Source: a candidate division FCPU426 bacterium
Lineage (GTDB): Bacteria > Oederibacteriota > Muellerivitia > Muellerivitales > Muellerivitaceae
DNA: 64,000 nt
Assembly (NCBI GenBank): GCA_963796105.1
Contig: CAWCKJ010000003.1
Location: 448,001-512,000, forward strand
Direction of reading: 5' to 3'
The notes under the pieces were generated by a model. That model searched no databases. It saw only the letters and a list, made by a program, of their open reading frames with translations, and was not told the origin of the DNA. The translations under genes were made by a program, and so were the position numbers. Shown here one piece after another: positions 32,420 through 42,127 of this stretch. The first letter of the stretch is position 1, and the number at the start of each line of letters is the position of its first letter.

Positions 32420-33430
32420 CTACCTTGAACCAGCGGTCGGCTCCTTATAGTTCATCAGGGTTCGGATGTACTGGGCGCGCTCAAAAGCCATGGGGTTTTC
32501 ATGCTTTTTTTGGCTCGCGCTTCCCAGCATTTCCTTCACGGACAAGTACTCATTTTCTTTCATCCAAAATTTAATTCCCTGTTCCAGTTCATGGATATGC
32601 TTGATACCGTTCTTTAAAAGGGTTGAGCACAACTGAGTGACGCAGGCCCCGGCCAGAATCATTTTGATAACGTCCTCCGAGGTGTGGATTCCAGTGGACG
32701 CGGCAAGATCTGTTTTCACTCTCCCGTGGAGGATCGCGATCCAACGCAACGGAAGCCGTCCTTCCTCGGATGAGCTTAGAACCACCGTGTTGTCCACATC
32801 TAGGGTTTCAAGGTTCAAATCCGGCTGGTAAAACCTGTTGAAAAGGACAATCCCATTAGCGCCCGCGTCCGCCAATCTGCTAACCGCCGCGGGAAGGGAG
32901 GTAAAAAACGGGGAGAGTTTTATGGCCACGGGAATCTTCACCATGCTTTTGACGCCCGAAAGGATTTCCAAGTATTCCTTTTCCAGGTCCTCCCCTCCCA
33001 CTTTCACTTCGGTGGGAACGTTGTAAAAATTCAATTCCAGGGCATCCGCCCCGGCATCGGCCAGTTTTTTCGCGAAACGGGTCCACCCCCCCGGGGTCAC
33101 CCCGTTCAACGAGGCAATAACAGGGATTTTCACGGCCTTTTTCACTTTTAGAAGTTGATCAAGGTATTCCTTCGGCTCTGGCAGGAACTCCTCGTACCGG
33201 GGGAAATAACTGAGAGCCTCGGCGTAACTTTCCGTCCCCTGCGCCAAACCCTTCTCAACCTGGTATTGGTCGCTCAAAATCTGTTCCTCAAAAAGGGATT
33301 TGAGCACGACCGCGGACGCGCCAGCTTCCTCAAGGCGTTTAATGCTTTCCACCTCAACCGTGAGGGGAGAGGCGGCGGCGACCAGGGGCGACCTTAACTT
33401 CAGCCCCATATATGTAGTTGTTATGTCCAT
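32420..33430 (-). CDS. Dihydroorotate dehydrogenase-like flavoprotein
   Basis: YMGLKLRSPLVAAASP, AVVLKSLFEEQI, IPVIASLNG, KLSPFF, VLFNRFYQPD; directly downstream of PFOR. Confidence 0.9.
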   Translation of the reverse strand: MDITTTYMGLKLRSPLVAAASPLTVEVESIKRLEEAGASAVVLKSLFEEQILSDQYQVEKGLAQGTESYAEALSYFPRYEEFLPEPKEYLDQLLKVKKAVKIPVIASLNGVTPGGWTRFAKKLADAGADALELNFYNVPTEVKVGGEDLEKEYLEILSGVKSMVKIPVAIKLSPFFTSLPAAVSRLADAGANGIVLFNRFYQPDLNLETLDVDNTVVLSSSEEGRLPLRWIAILHGRVKTDLAASTGIHTSEDVIKMILAGACVTQLCSTLLKNGIKHIHELEQGIKFWMKENEYLSVKEMLGSASQKKHENPMAFERAQYIRTLMNYKEPTAGSR

Positions 33431-33465
33431 ATCATTACCCCCGGATTAAAAATTTTATAATTTTC

Positions 33466-36400
33466 TTAACTTGCGGCAGTTGCAGTCTCCGCCACCGGTC
33501 CCGGCCCGGCCACATCGGCGGAGGCCAGCTTCTTATAGTAGGCGTACTTCTCCCGGACATCCTTTTGCGCCTGTCCAATCAGCCGTTTGGACTCTTCCGG
33601 ATTTGCCTTCATGAGGATCTTAAAGCGGTTTTCCTTGGTGATATATTCCTCCAAGGGCAAGGTCGGCTCGCTAGAATCCAATTGCAAGGGATTCTTGCCC
33701 GCCGCGGCCAAACGGGGATCATACCGGTAGAGGATCCATTGGCCCGACTGGACCGCGGCCTTCTGCTGTTTCAAGCCGTTGACCATGTCGATGCCGTGGG
33801 AGATGCAATGGCTGTAGGCGATGATGAGGGCCGACCCGTCGTAAGATTCGGCTTCGTTAAACGCCTTCAGGGTCTGGGCGTCGTTGGCTCCCATGGCCAC
33901 CCGGGCCACGTAGATGTTGCCGTAGCTCATGGCGATGAGTCCGAAATCCTTCTTCGCCATCAACTTGCCAGCGGCCGCGAATTTCGCGACTGCCCCCCGC
34001 GGGGTGGACTTGGACATCTGCCCCCCCGTGTTGGAATACACTTCCGTGTCCAGGACCAGCACCTTCACGTTGCGGCCGGTAGCCAGCACATGGTCCAAGC
34101 CCCCATAGCCGATATCGTAGGCCCAGCCGTCGCCTCCCATGATCCAGACGCTCTTTCGCACCAAATAGTCGGCGTTCAGGACAAGTTCCTTCGCCTCCGC
34201 CGAGGATTCCTTAACCAATTTTTCCTTTAATTGCTTCACGCGGGCGCGCTGTTGTTCCATCCCCGCGAAAGTCTTTTCCTCGGGGGCCAACAGGGCGCTG
34301 ACCAAGTCGGGCCCAGCGAGGGGCTCCAGTTTTTTCAGAAGATATTGGGCCCTGGCCCGGGTCTGGTCAACGGACAGCCTCATGCCCAGCCCGAATTCAG
34401 CGTTGTTCTCAAAAAGCGAGTTGCTCCAGGTGGGTCCCCGGCCGTTCGCGTCCTTGGACCAGGGCGTGGTCGGCAGGTTTCCCCCATAGATGGAGGAACA
34501 ACCGGTGGCGTTGGCAATCAAGGCATGGTCCCCCACCAACTGGGAAAGGAGTTTCACGTAGGGTGTCTCCCCGCAGCCTCCGCAGGCCCCCGAAAACTCG
34601 AAATAGGGCTGTAATAACTGCTGTTGCATGATCAGGGAAAGGTTCAGGCTCTTGGGGTCCCGGGGCGGCAGGGTCAGGAAGAAATCCCAATTCGCCGACT
34701 CCTGCTTGACCAAGGGGTGCTGGGGCTGGAGATCCAGCGCCTTGTGCTTGTTTTCGGTTTTGCTTTTTCCCGGGCATACGTCCACGCAGAGCCCGCAACC
34801 CGTGCAATCCTCCGGTGCGACCTGGACCGAGTATTTCAAACCCTTCCAATCGCGGTACTTGGCGTCCGCCGACTTGAAGCCGGTTGGCGCTTTTCCCAGT
34901 AAAGACGGCTCATAAACGTTGACCCGGATGGTCCCATGGGGGCAGACGAAGGAGCATTTCGAGCATTGGATGCAGATTTCCGGGTCCCAAACGGGGATAT
35001 CCTGGGCGATATCCCGCTTTTCATATTGGGTGGTTCCGGTAGGGAATGTCCCGTCCACGGGAAACGCCGAGACCGGCAGGTCGTCCCCATGACCCGTGAT
35101 GATCGATCCCATGACCTTCCTCACGAATTCCGGCGCGCTATCCGGGACGGGCTTGCGCATGGTGACCTGGCTCAGGGACTTTCCAGCGTATTGCACCTCG
35201 TGCAGGTTGGCCAGGGTTTGGTCCACCGCCCGAAGGTTGGCCTGCACCACCTCGTCGCCCTTTTTCTTGTAGGTGTTGATGATGGATTTCTTGATCTTAT
35301 CGATGGCTTCATCCTTGGGCAGAACCCCCGAGATGGCGAAAAAGCATACCTGCATGATGGTATTGATCCGACCGCCCATGCCCGTTTCCTTGGCCACCTT
35401 GTAGGCGTCAATCACGTAAAATTTGGCTTTCTTCTTCTGGAGCGACTCCTGGACCGGCCTGGGAAGGGTTTCCCAAACCTTGTCGGCGGGAACTGCGGTG
35501 TTGTAGAGGAATGTCCCTCCATCCACCAGACTGACCAACATGTCGGAACGGTCGATGAATTGGGGTTGGTGGCAAGCGACAAAATTCGCCTTTGAGATGA
35601 GGTAGGAGGAATGAATCGCGTTGGGGCCGAACCGCAAGTGGGAGACAGTCATGCTGCCGGATTTTTTCGAGTCGTAAACGAAATAACCCTGGGCCCAGTT
35701 ATCCGTGTTTTCGCCGATGATTTTGATGGTGTTCTTATTGGCGCCGACAGTCCCATCCGCCCCCAACCCGAAGAAAAGGGACCGGTTGACGGCATCAGGC
35801 TCTGTGTTGAAATGAGGATCGTAGGGTAGGCTCAGGTGGGTCACGTCATCGTTGATGCCGATGGTGAAATGGTTCTTGAGCTTGGCTTCCTTCAAGTGAT
35901 CCAGGACCCCCTTGACCATGGCTGGGGTGAATTCCTTGGAGGACAATCCGTAACGGCCCCCGATGACCCGGGGCTTATTTTTAAGCGAACCCCAGCCGTT
36001 CTCAGCAGATTCGGCGACTGACAACAGGATATCCTGGTACAGAGGTTCCCCGGCCGATCCCGGCTCTTTGGTACGGTCCATGACCGCAATGGACTTGACG
36101 GTGGAGGGCAGGGCCTCCATGAAATGCTTGGGGGAGAAGGGACGGAACAGCCTTACCTTCAAAATGCCTGTTTTCTCGCCCTTGGCGTTCAAGGCGTCCA
36201 CGGCCTCATGGGCCACTTCCGCACCCGAACCCATCATCACCAGCACACGCTCGGCGTCCGGGGCCCCGTGATAGTCGAATAGATGGTACTGGCGTCCCGT
36301 GACCTTGGCGACCCGATCCATGGCTTTTTGGACGATTCCCGGTACCGCCAGGTAAAAGGAGTTGCAGGCTTCCCGGGCCTGGAAAAACACATCTGGGTTC

Positions 36401-37062
36401 TGGGCGGTTCCCCGGATAATGGGCTTGTCGGGCGTCATGGCCCGCGACCGGTGTTCTTCCACCTTTTTCATGTCCACCACCGCCCGGACGTCGTCATCGG
36501 AAATCAGGCTGACCTTGGCCACCTCATGGGAGGTCCGGAAACCATCGAAGAAATGCATGAAGGGCACCCTTGAATCCAGGGTGGAGGCGTGGGCCACCAG
36601 GGCCATGTCCATGGCTTCTTGGACCGAGTTGGAGCAAAGCAGGGCGAAACCCGTGGAGCGGATCGCCATGACGTCCGATTGGTCCCCAAATATGGAAAGG
36701 GCGTGGGTGGCCACGGTTCGGGCCGTGACGTGTAAAACGGTCGGAGTCAGCTCGCCCGCGATCTTGAACATGTCCGGAATCATTAACAGAAGGCCTTGGG
36801 AGGCGGTGAAGGTGGTGGCGAGGGAACCCCCTTGGAGGGCGCCGTGCAGGGCGCCGGCCGCCCCGCTTTCGCTTTGCATTTCCATGATGCTGGGAATGTT
36901 TCCCCAGAGGTTCGTCTTACCCATGGCAGCCCAGTCGTCGGCCCATTCCGCCATAGGGGAGGAAGGTGTGATGGGGTAAATACTGATGACCTCGCTTAAG
37001 CGGTACGCGATCCTGGCGACCGCCTCATTGGCGTCCAGCGTGTAAACTTTAGAATCTCCCAT
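33466..37062 (-). CDS. nifJ: Pyruvate:ferredoxin (flavodoxin) oxidoreductase
   Basis: YPITPSS, EMQSE, TFTASQGLLLM, GLGADGTVGANK, two CxxCxxCxxxCP, GGDGWAYDIG; ATG at 37062 after AAGGAG. Confidence 0.97.
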   Translation of the reverse strand: MGDSKVYTLDANEAVARIAYRLSEVISIYPITPSSPMAEWADDWAAMGKTNLWGNIPSIMEMQSESGAAGALHGALQGGSLATTFTASQGLLLMIPDMFKIAGELTPTVLHVTARTVATHALSIFGDQSDVMAIRSTGFALLCSNSVQEAMDMALVAHASTLDSRVPFMHFFDGFRTSHEVAKVSLISDDDVRAVVDMKKVEEHRSRAMTPDKPIIRGTAQNPDVFFQAREACNSFYLAVPGIVQKAMDRVAKVTGRQYHLFDYHGAPDAERVLVMMGSGAEVAHEAVDALNAKGEKTGILKVRLFRPFSPKHFMEALPSTVKSIAVMDRTKEPGSAGEPLYQDILLSVAESAENGWGSLKNKPRVIGGRYGLSSKEFTPAMVKGVLDHLKEAKLKNHFTIGINDDVTHLSLPYDPHFNTEPDAVNRSLFFGLGADGTVGANKNTIKIIGENTDNWAQGYFVYDSKKSGSMTVSHLRFGPNAIHSSYLISKANFVACHQPQFIDRSDMLVSLVDGGTFLYNTAVPADKVWETLPRPVQESLQKKKAKFYVIDAYKVAKETGMGGRINTIMQVCFFAISGVLPKDEAIDKIKKSIINTYKKKGDEVVQANLRAVDQTLANLHEVQYAGKSLSQVTMRKPVPDSAPEFVRKVMGSIITGHGDDLPVSAFPVDGTFPTGTTQYEKRDIAQDIPVWDPEICIQCSKCSFVCPHGTIRVNVYEPSLLGKAPTGFKSADAKYRDWKGLKYSVQVAPEDCTGCGLCVDVCPGKSKTENKHKALDLQPQHPLVKQESANWDFFLTLPPRDPKSLNLSLIMQQQLLQPYFEFSGACGGCGETPYVKLLSQLVGDHALIANATGCSSIYGGNLPTTPWSKDANGRGPTWSNSLFENNAEFGLGMRLSVDQTRARAQYLLKKLEPLAGPDLVSALLAPEEKTFAGMEQQRARVKQLKEKLVKESSAEAKELVLNADYLVRKSVWIMGGDGWAYDIGYGGLDHVLATGRNVKVLVLDTEVYSNTGGQMSKSTPRGAVAKFAAAGKLMAKKDFGLIAMSYGNIYVARVAMGANDAQTLKAFNEAESYDGSALIIAYSHCISHGIDMVNGLKQQKAAVQSGQWILYRYDPRLAAAGKNPLQLDSSEPTLPLEEYITKENRFKILMKANPEESKRLIGQAQKDVREKYAYYKKLASADVAGPGPVAETATAAS

Positions 37063-37256
37063 GGCAAGGCTCCTTAGATGTTGATTGTCGGGACTCATAT
37101 TAGATTTCAAGAGTCCGCATCAGTATGACACGGCTCATAATTTCTCAGGACAAAAATTAAAATATTTTTTCGCGGGGCGAATTTTCAGTTGAAATCTTCA
37201 TTTGAAGTTTGAAAGGAATGGGATATCAATCGATTGTCGGGATCATTCGGTAGGGG

Positions 37257-37586
37257 AAAATCAAAAAACCAAAAAAATTCAAACCTATCCAAAATAATAC
37301 TTAGCCACGGATACATGGGATTCATGGGATTTAAAGCGCATTTTGATCATGTTCTATGGTCCAGCTGGCGGTCGATGGAAAAATTAATTTTTTCACGGTC
37401 CGCAGACTTGACCATAACGCCCATCGGGCGCAAGAGCATTGCTCTTGTCATGATCTGAGATCTCTTTGAATTGTTCATCGTGCATTTTCCATTTTGTTCA
37501 TTTGTATTCATCCCCTGCATCCCCTGAATCCGTGGCTAAGGACTTGGTTTTGCTTGAAGCTTTTGGATTTAAGTATTTTTGATTTT
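37257..37586. repeat. Long imperfect inverted repeat (MITE/REP-like)
   Basis: CTTAGCCACGGAT (37300-37312) pairs with ATCCGTGGCTAAG (37528-37540); extends inward through 9-bp GGGAT units; outer AAAATCAAAAA/TTTTTGATTTT. Confidence 0.6.
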
Positions 37587-37638
37587 TACAATCTTTGTTT
37601 CCTGGATTTTGTTTTATTTGGACAGTTATAAAAAAAAT

Positions 37639-39867
37639 TCACTCAATAGGCATGGTTCCCTTTTCAAGGATTTCATCCGTGATTCCCCTCTGCTTCATGA
37701 CCACGTGAAGTTTATGCCGAAGGATCGGCATGCGTTTGGCGAGTTCCCGGAATTCCCTGCCGGAGATGACCAGAGTCGCGACTTCCGTCTCGGCTTTCGC
37801 GGTGGCGTTCCTCTTGTCGGTATAGCCCAAGGCCACGTTCTCCCCGAAGAAATCACCGGCCCTCAACCCCGTCGAGAAGACGACTTTTCCATTCTCGTTT
37901 TTCTGGAGTATCTCGACCTGTCCCCTTGAGATGACGAAAAAGTCATCGGTCTTCCCCCCCTGGCGGACGATCAATTCCCCCTCGGCAAAAACCTGGCTTC
38001 GAGCCATCAGGGAAATCTCGTGCTTGGCCGTGGGGTCCAGGTCCCTGAAAATCGAGATGGAGGAAATGAGGGGGCGCCTGATCCACATGCTGGAAAAGTT
38101 TTCCTTCAGGTCGTTTTTCTCCACGAACTCCAGGAACAAGTCCCCCGCGAGCTTGAACAGGACCACCGGCGTCTTGGAGACGACCGTGGCATTGGTCTTG
38201 GATTTGTTGAGGATCGACATTTCCCCGAAAAAATCCCCTCCTTCCAGGGTGGCCATCAGGGGTTCCCCGGGGTTTTCCGGGTCCAGGACATCCAGGGTTC
38301 CCGATAGGATGAAATAGAAGGAATCGCCCTCCTGGCCCTTCTTCACCACCTCCGTGGCGGAGGGGAACTCCACGACCTTGCCCCGGGAGAAAATAACGTT
38401 CAGCCAGGCCGGGTCCTTCACGTGAAACAGCTTGAGGGCCTGGACCACCCCGCTGTAAACGGATTGGGGAAATTGCCTCTCTTTCAAATAGGTTTTCCCC
38501 CATCCAGGTTTGGCCACCTGGTACTTCTCCCCCTTCACCTGGGAGGGATTCACGTGGTAGAAAAGAAATTCCGTGTTGGGGAAACGCTCCATCAAGGAAT
38601 CCCAATCAGATGGCTCGCCGTGGATCATCCCCCCGCCCCCGTCGATCATGGCCAGGGCCTCGTCGCCCCGGACCAATCCCCTCATCCGCTCCAAATGCTC
38701 ACCGCTGATGGCGCCTTCCTCCGCCAGCTTTTTCATGGCCTTGAAATGAGCCAGGTCGCTGGAATGCAGGAGGGCCAAGGGAGCGCCATTTTCATCCGGG
38801 ACTGTTACCCTAAATCCAATGGTCGGGATGGAATGGACTGTGTAAAAGAATTCCCAGGATGCCCCGTACATTTGATAGGTCCTGCCTGGAATCACCTCGA
38901 CAAACTCCATCATTTGCTTCACTGTCTCGACCGGTTCCCCAATGACCATGGCCACCTTCATTACAGCCGACTCGTATATTTCCCTGGTGGAAATCAAGGC
39001 GAAGGAATGTTCGGAAAGGATCAGTTCGCTCAAGGAGCAATGGTCGTCATGGACGTGGGTTTGAATGATGGCCGTCAGCCGGTCCTTGGAAACCCCGACT
39101 TGTTTAAGGGTCCTGCCGACCCCCGCTGGAGAGTCGATTAAAAAGCCGTTTCCGTTGATCCATAAAAGCATTCCCGTGGTGGGCCCTCCGGGGTCAAAGC
39201 CGGTATAACAGCCCAGGATTTTCAATCTCAGGGTTTCCGGTTTTTCTTTTTCTTGCGATAAATCCACGAGCGGGGGAAGTTGTTCCCCGCTAAAACTCAA
39301 ATCCAATATGGACAATTTCCCCTGGTCCGAGACCTCGAACCTGTTCCCTCCCAAAGGTTTGATGAGGTATTCGGAAGACCCGGAAAAGATCGGGATTTGG
39401 CCCTGCTCGGCCCCCTCGGGGAAAGGGATAAACTCGAACAGATCCTCGACCTGCAGGATGACCCCGGCTTTTTTAAGCGCCAACCCGTCCGACATCCGGG
39501 CGAGCATTTCGGCTCGGCCTTTGCTCAATCCCCATTTTTTCATTTCCGCGAGGCTGGGGCCCAGCAGGGTGATGCGGAGGATTTCCCGGAGCCTGTCGCA
39601 CATGTCGCGGCTCCCCAGGATCCTGAATTTCTTCCCGTTTTGGTATCCCTGGTCGATGAACAAGAACCAATAACCCAGGAACTCAAAGGCCATTTGGGAC
39701 ACGCCGTTGATATGGGACACATCCGGAAGAATTCCCGCGTGGGGGATTTTTTTCTTTTGCTTGAGGAGGACTTTCAGGATTTCAGGGGGACTTCCCAGCA
39801 AGGCGCTGGTTTGGGGGCCCTCCAAATGGAAACAGCCTGGGACGACGGGGGTGATTCGCATAACCAT
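37639..39867 (-). CDS. Metallo-beta-lactamase-fold hydrolase with two cNMP-binding domains
   Basis: THVHDDH, HSIPT, SSD; two cNMP units GDFFGEMSIL...NATV and GDFFGENVAL...RNATA. Confidence 0.88.
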   Translation of the reverse strand: MVMRITPVVPGCFHLEGPQTSALLGSPPEILKVLLKQKKKIPHAGILPDVSHINGVSQMAFEFLGYWFLFIDQGYQNGKKFRILGSRDMCDRLREILRITLLGPSLAEMKKWGLSKGRAEMLARMSDGLALKKAGVILQVEDLFEFIPFPEGAEQGQIPIFSGSSEYLIKPLGGNRFEVSDQGKLSILDLSFSGEQLPPLVDLSQEKEKPETLRLKILGCYTGFDPGGPTTGMLLWINGNGFLIDSPAGVGRTLKQVGVSKDRLTAIIQTHVHDDHCSLSELILSEHSFALISTREIYESAVMKVAMVIGEPVETVKQMMEFVEVIPGRTYQMYGASWEFFYTVHSIPTIGFRVTVPDENGAPLALLHSSDLAHFKAMKKLAEEGAISGEHLERMRGLVRGDEALAMIDGGGGMIHGEPSDWDSLMERFPNTEFLFYHVNPSQVKGEKYQVAKPGWGKTYLKERQFPQSVYSGVVQALKLFHVKDPAWLNVIFSRGKVVEFPSATEVVKKGQEGDSFYFILSGTLDVLDPENPGEPLMATLEGGDFFGEMSILNKSKTNATVVSKTPVVLFKLAGDLFLEFVEKNDLKENFSSMWIRRPLISSISIFRDLDPTAKHEISLMARSQVFAEGELIVRQGGKTDDFFVISRGQVEILQKNENGKVVFSTGLRAGDFFGENVALGYTDKRNATAKAETEVATLVISGREFRELAKRMPILRHKLHVVMKQRGITDEILEKGTMPIE

Positions 39868-40265
39868 CCTTTCGCTTTCCGTACTTCGCTTGAATCGGCA
39901 ATGCCTCTTCAGGTTTCAGGAAGCCAGCAGGGCTCGGAGGCGGACAGGGGGTTTACTTGAATTTTTCAACCATTTCCCGCTTCCAACAGCACAATTACCT
40001 TAACACAATTTAAGCCGAATATCAGGACCATCCTTTTAAATTACTCAACTTTGGAAAATTCCGGAAGGCATGCATTAGATAGCTATTCCCCCCTTCCCCC
40101 ATGCCTCTCTTTGAAAAACAAAGGCATTGAGCATGGGGACGTCCCCATTTTCCATTTATTATTTTCACATGGATGAAATGGGGGTGAAAGAGGGGGAGAC
40201 ATAGTGTGACCCGCAAATTTGCCCGCGTCAATTTTAGTGAAAACAATTTCACGTCGTTTTTCTGT

Positions 40266-40502
40266 TTAAATCTTGTCCAACAGCTCCAAATATTTTTCCG
40301 GGGTTATTTCAACTTCCCGTAGAATTTCCCGAATCAATGGCCTTGCTATATCTTGTCCCCCGTGATTGGGAACCGTTGTTGTCTTCCCATCAGAAATCCG
40401 CCGGAAAAATACATGGCTTCCCTTTTGCCTTACAGGCTCGAAACCCAAATTCCTAAGCAGTTTATCCATTACACGGAAAGGAATGACGGGCAGTTTGCTC
40501 AA
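40266..40502 (-). CDS. hicA: HicA-family toxin
   Basis: LRNLGFEPVRQKGSHVFF...TTVPNH. Confidence 0.9.
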   Translation of the reverse strand: MSKLPVIPFRVMDKLLRNLGFEPVRQKGSHVFFRRISDGKTTTVPNHGGQDIARPLIREILREVEITPEKYLELLDKI

Positions 40503-40717
40503 ACCCCCACCTCAACCTGTTGCAGGCCAACGAATTGGGGCAATTCGGCAAGCAGGTCCTTGTTTTCTTCCACGCATAGTTCCAAGACTTCTTTTAGGTT
40601 TTTTTGAAGCTCATCCAGGGTTTTTCCCTGAGTGTGCGCTCCTGGAATTCCCGGAACGATACCCACATACTGTTTTGTTTCCGAATCAAACTCAACGTAA
40701 GCTGTTAATGTCTTCAT
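40499..40717 (-). CDS. hicB: HicB-family antitoxin (short)
   Basis: YVGIVPGIPGAHTQGKTLDELQKNLKEVLEL; ATG 40717 after GGAGGA; 4-bp overlap with hicA. Confidence 0.9.
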   Translation of the reverse strand: MKTLTAYVEFDSETKQYVGIVPGIPGAHTQGKTLDELQKNLKEVLELCVEENKDLLAELPQFVGLQQVEVGV

Positions 40718-40802
40718 AAATCCTCCCTTTTCCTCAAATAGAATAACCTCTTGGGAAAAAATATAAAAGGGGTGCAAATCACCAGGTTTAGAACATTACT
40801 CA

Positions 40803-41213
40803 TCATAACTGAAGCAGTTCCACCATCCTTCTGGGCGTGACGATCTCGACACCCTCAAAACGCCCCAAGGGTAGAAGGTGTTCTTTGTCCCCCGTAAGCA
40901 GGTATGAGGCGCGGCCGGCTACCGCGCATTCCAAGATATGGTTGTCAGCCTCGCGAGTTTTACTGGCATGGATCGGTCGGGTTGGTCCCACCAGCAGGCA
41001 GTGCAGGATCATATATTTAACGCGTTCTTCCACCATCGGGCCCGGCAGTTCGAGTTTGCCCGATAATGCTTCCTCTACTTCCCTCAAAATGAACTTGGAT
41101 GTGATTAATTCCACGGATTCCCGCTTCCTGGCCCGCGCCACCCTCTCGCAAAAACCCCCGGGCGTTAAAAAAGCCGAGATCCATACGTTTGAATCCAGCG
41201 CCAAGCGGATCAA
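40803..41213 (-). CDS. PIN-domain toxin
   Basis: LDSNVWISAF...DNHILECAVAG...LLTGDKEHLL; likely TTG start at 41213. Confidence 0.88.
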   Translation of the reverse strand: MIRLALDSNVWISAFLTPGGFCERVARARKRESVELITSKFILREVEEALSGKLELPGPMVEERVKYMILHCLLVGPTRPIHASKTREADNHILECAVAGRASYLLTGDKEHLLPLGRFEGVEIVTPRRMVELLQL

Positions 41214-41214
41214 A

Positions 41215-41469
41215 TCAGGCTTTACCCTTGGGGGATTTGCGGATCTCCCGCACGAGATTTTCCACATCCTGCTCCGTCCGAATGCCCTTGGCTTGGGCGT
41301 AAGGCGCGGCTTCCTCCTGCATACTGTGCCAGCGGTGATCGTCCAAATATTGGAGCACGGCTTCCTTTATGAGCTCACTTCGGGACTGGTGTTTCTCCTT
41401 GGCGATTTTCTCCGCCTCCTTCAGGATTTCCGCCGGAAGGGAAACGGAAGTAATGATTCTATTGGACAT
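41215..41469 (-). CDS. Ribbon-helix-helix antitoxin
   Basis: ITSVSLP...SRSELIKEAVLQY; directly upstream of the PIN gene. Confidence 0.85.
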   Translation of the reverse strand: MSNRIITSVSLPAEILKEAEKIAKEKHQSRSELIKEAVLQYLDDHRWHSMQEEAAPYAQAKGIRTEQDVENLVREIRKSPKGKA

Positions 41470-41632
41470 AATGACCTCTTATTAATTGTTAATAATTACT
41501 AATATATATTAGCACAAATTGAATTCAATTTTGGCTCGATTTTCAAAACTGAAATTTTGGTTCGAATTCCGAATCCTGGAAATCTTCAGCCATTATTCAT
41601 TTTTCATTGTTCATTTTAAATTGCCGTTGAAA

Positions 41633-41848
41633 TGCGGGCAGGACACCCGAAACCTGCGGGCAGGACACCCGAAACCTGCTCCTAGGACCCCGGAACTTGC
41701 TCCTAGGTACGGCCGGTTCTGCTACTAGGAACACTAAACCTGCTACTAGGCACCCCGGATCTGCTACTAGGAACGCCAAAACCTGCTACTAGGTACGATC
41801 GGTTCTGCTACTAGGAACACTGAAACCTGCTACTAGGAACCATGGAAC
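41633..41848. repeat. Array of 10 units, 21-22 bp period: core TGCTACTAGG plus variable linker
   Basis: Cores start at 41633, 41655, 41677, 41698, 41720, 41741, 41762, 41784, 41806, 41828. Confidence 0.9.
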
Positions 41849-42127
41849 CCGGGAATCCCGAAACTCCTGGAACGGGTTCGATAAACTCACCGCTAGCTGG
41901 CCTGGAACCGTCCATGTCTCCGGAAACACCGACCCATGTCGCCGGGAACTTCATAATCCAACGAAAGCGCGCATTCCCTCCAATTAAATCCGCGCACTAA
42001 ATCCAATCCAAAGCGCGCATTTAGAAGGTGTTCGACGCGGGGTTATTCTGGTTTTAAATTCCTTTGACTGATTTATTAATTTCCGATGCTACACGGCCAA
42101 GAACCAATTCTGAAAGAAGAAAATGGT

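Noticed and set aside
33418..40003. Numerous plus-strand ORFs over nifJ and the MBL-cNMP gene
   Set aside because: GC-rich antisense frames overlapping well-supported genes
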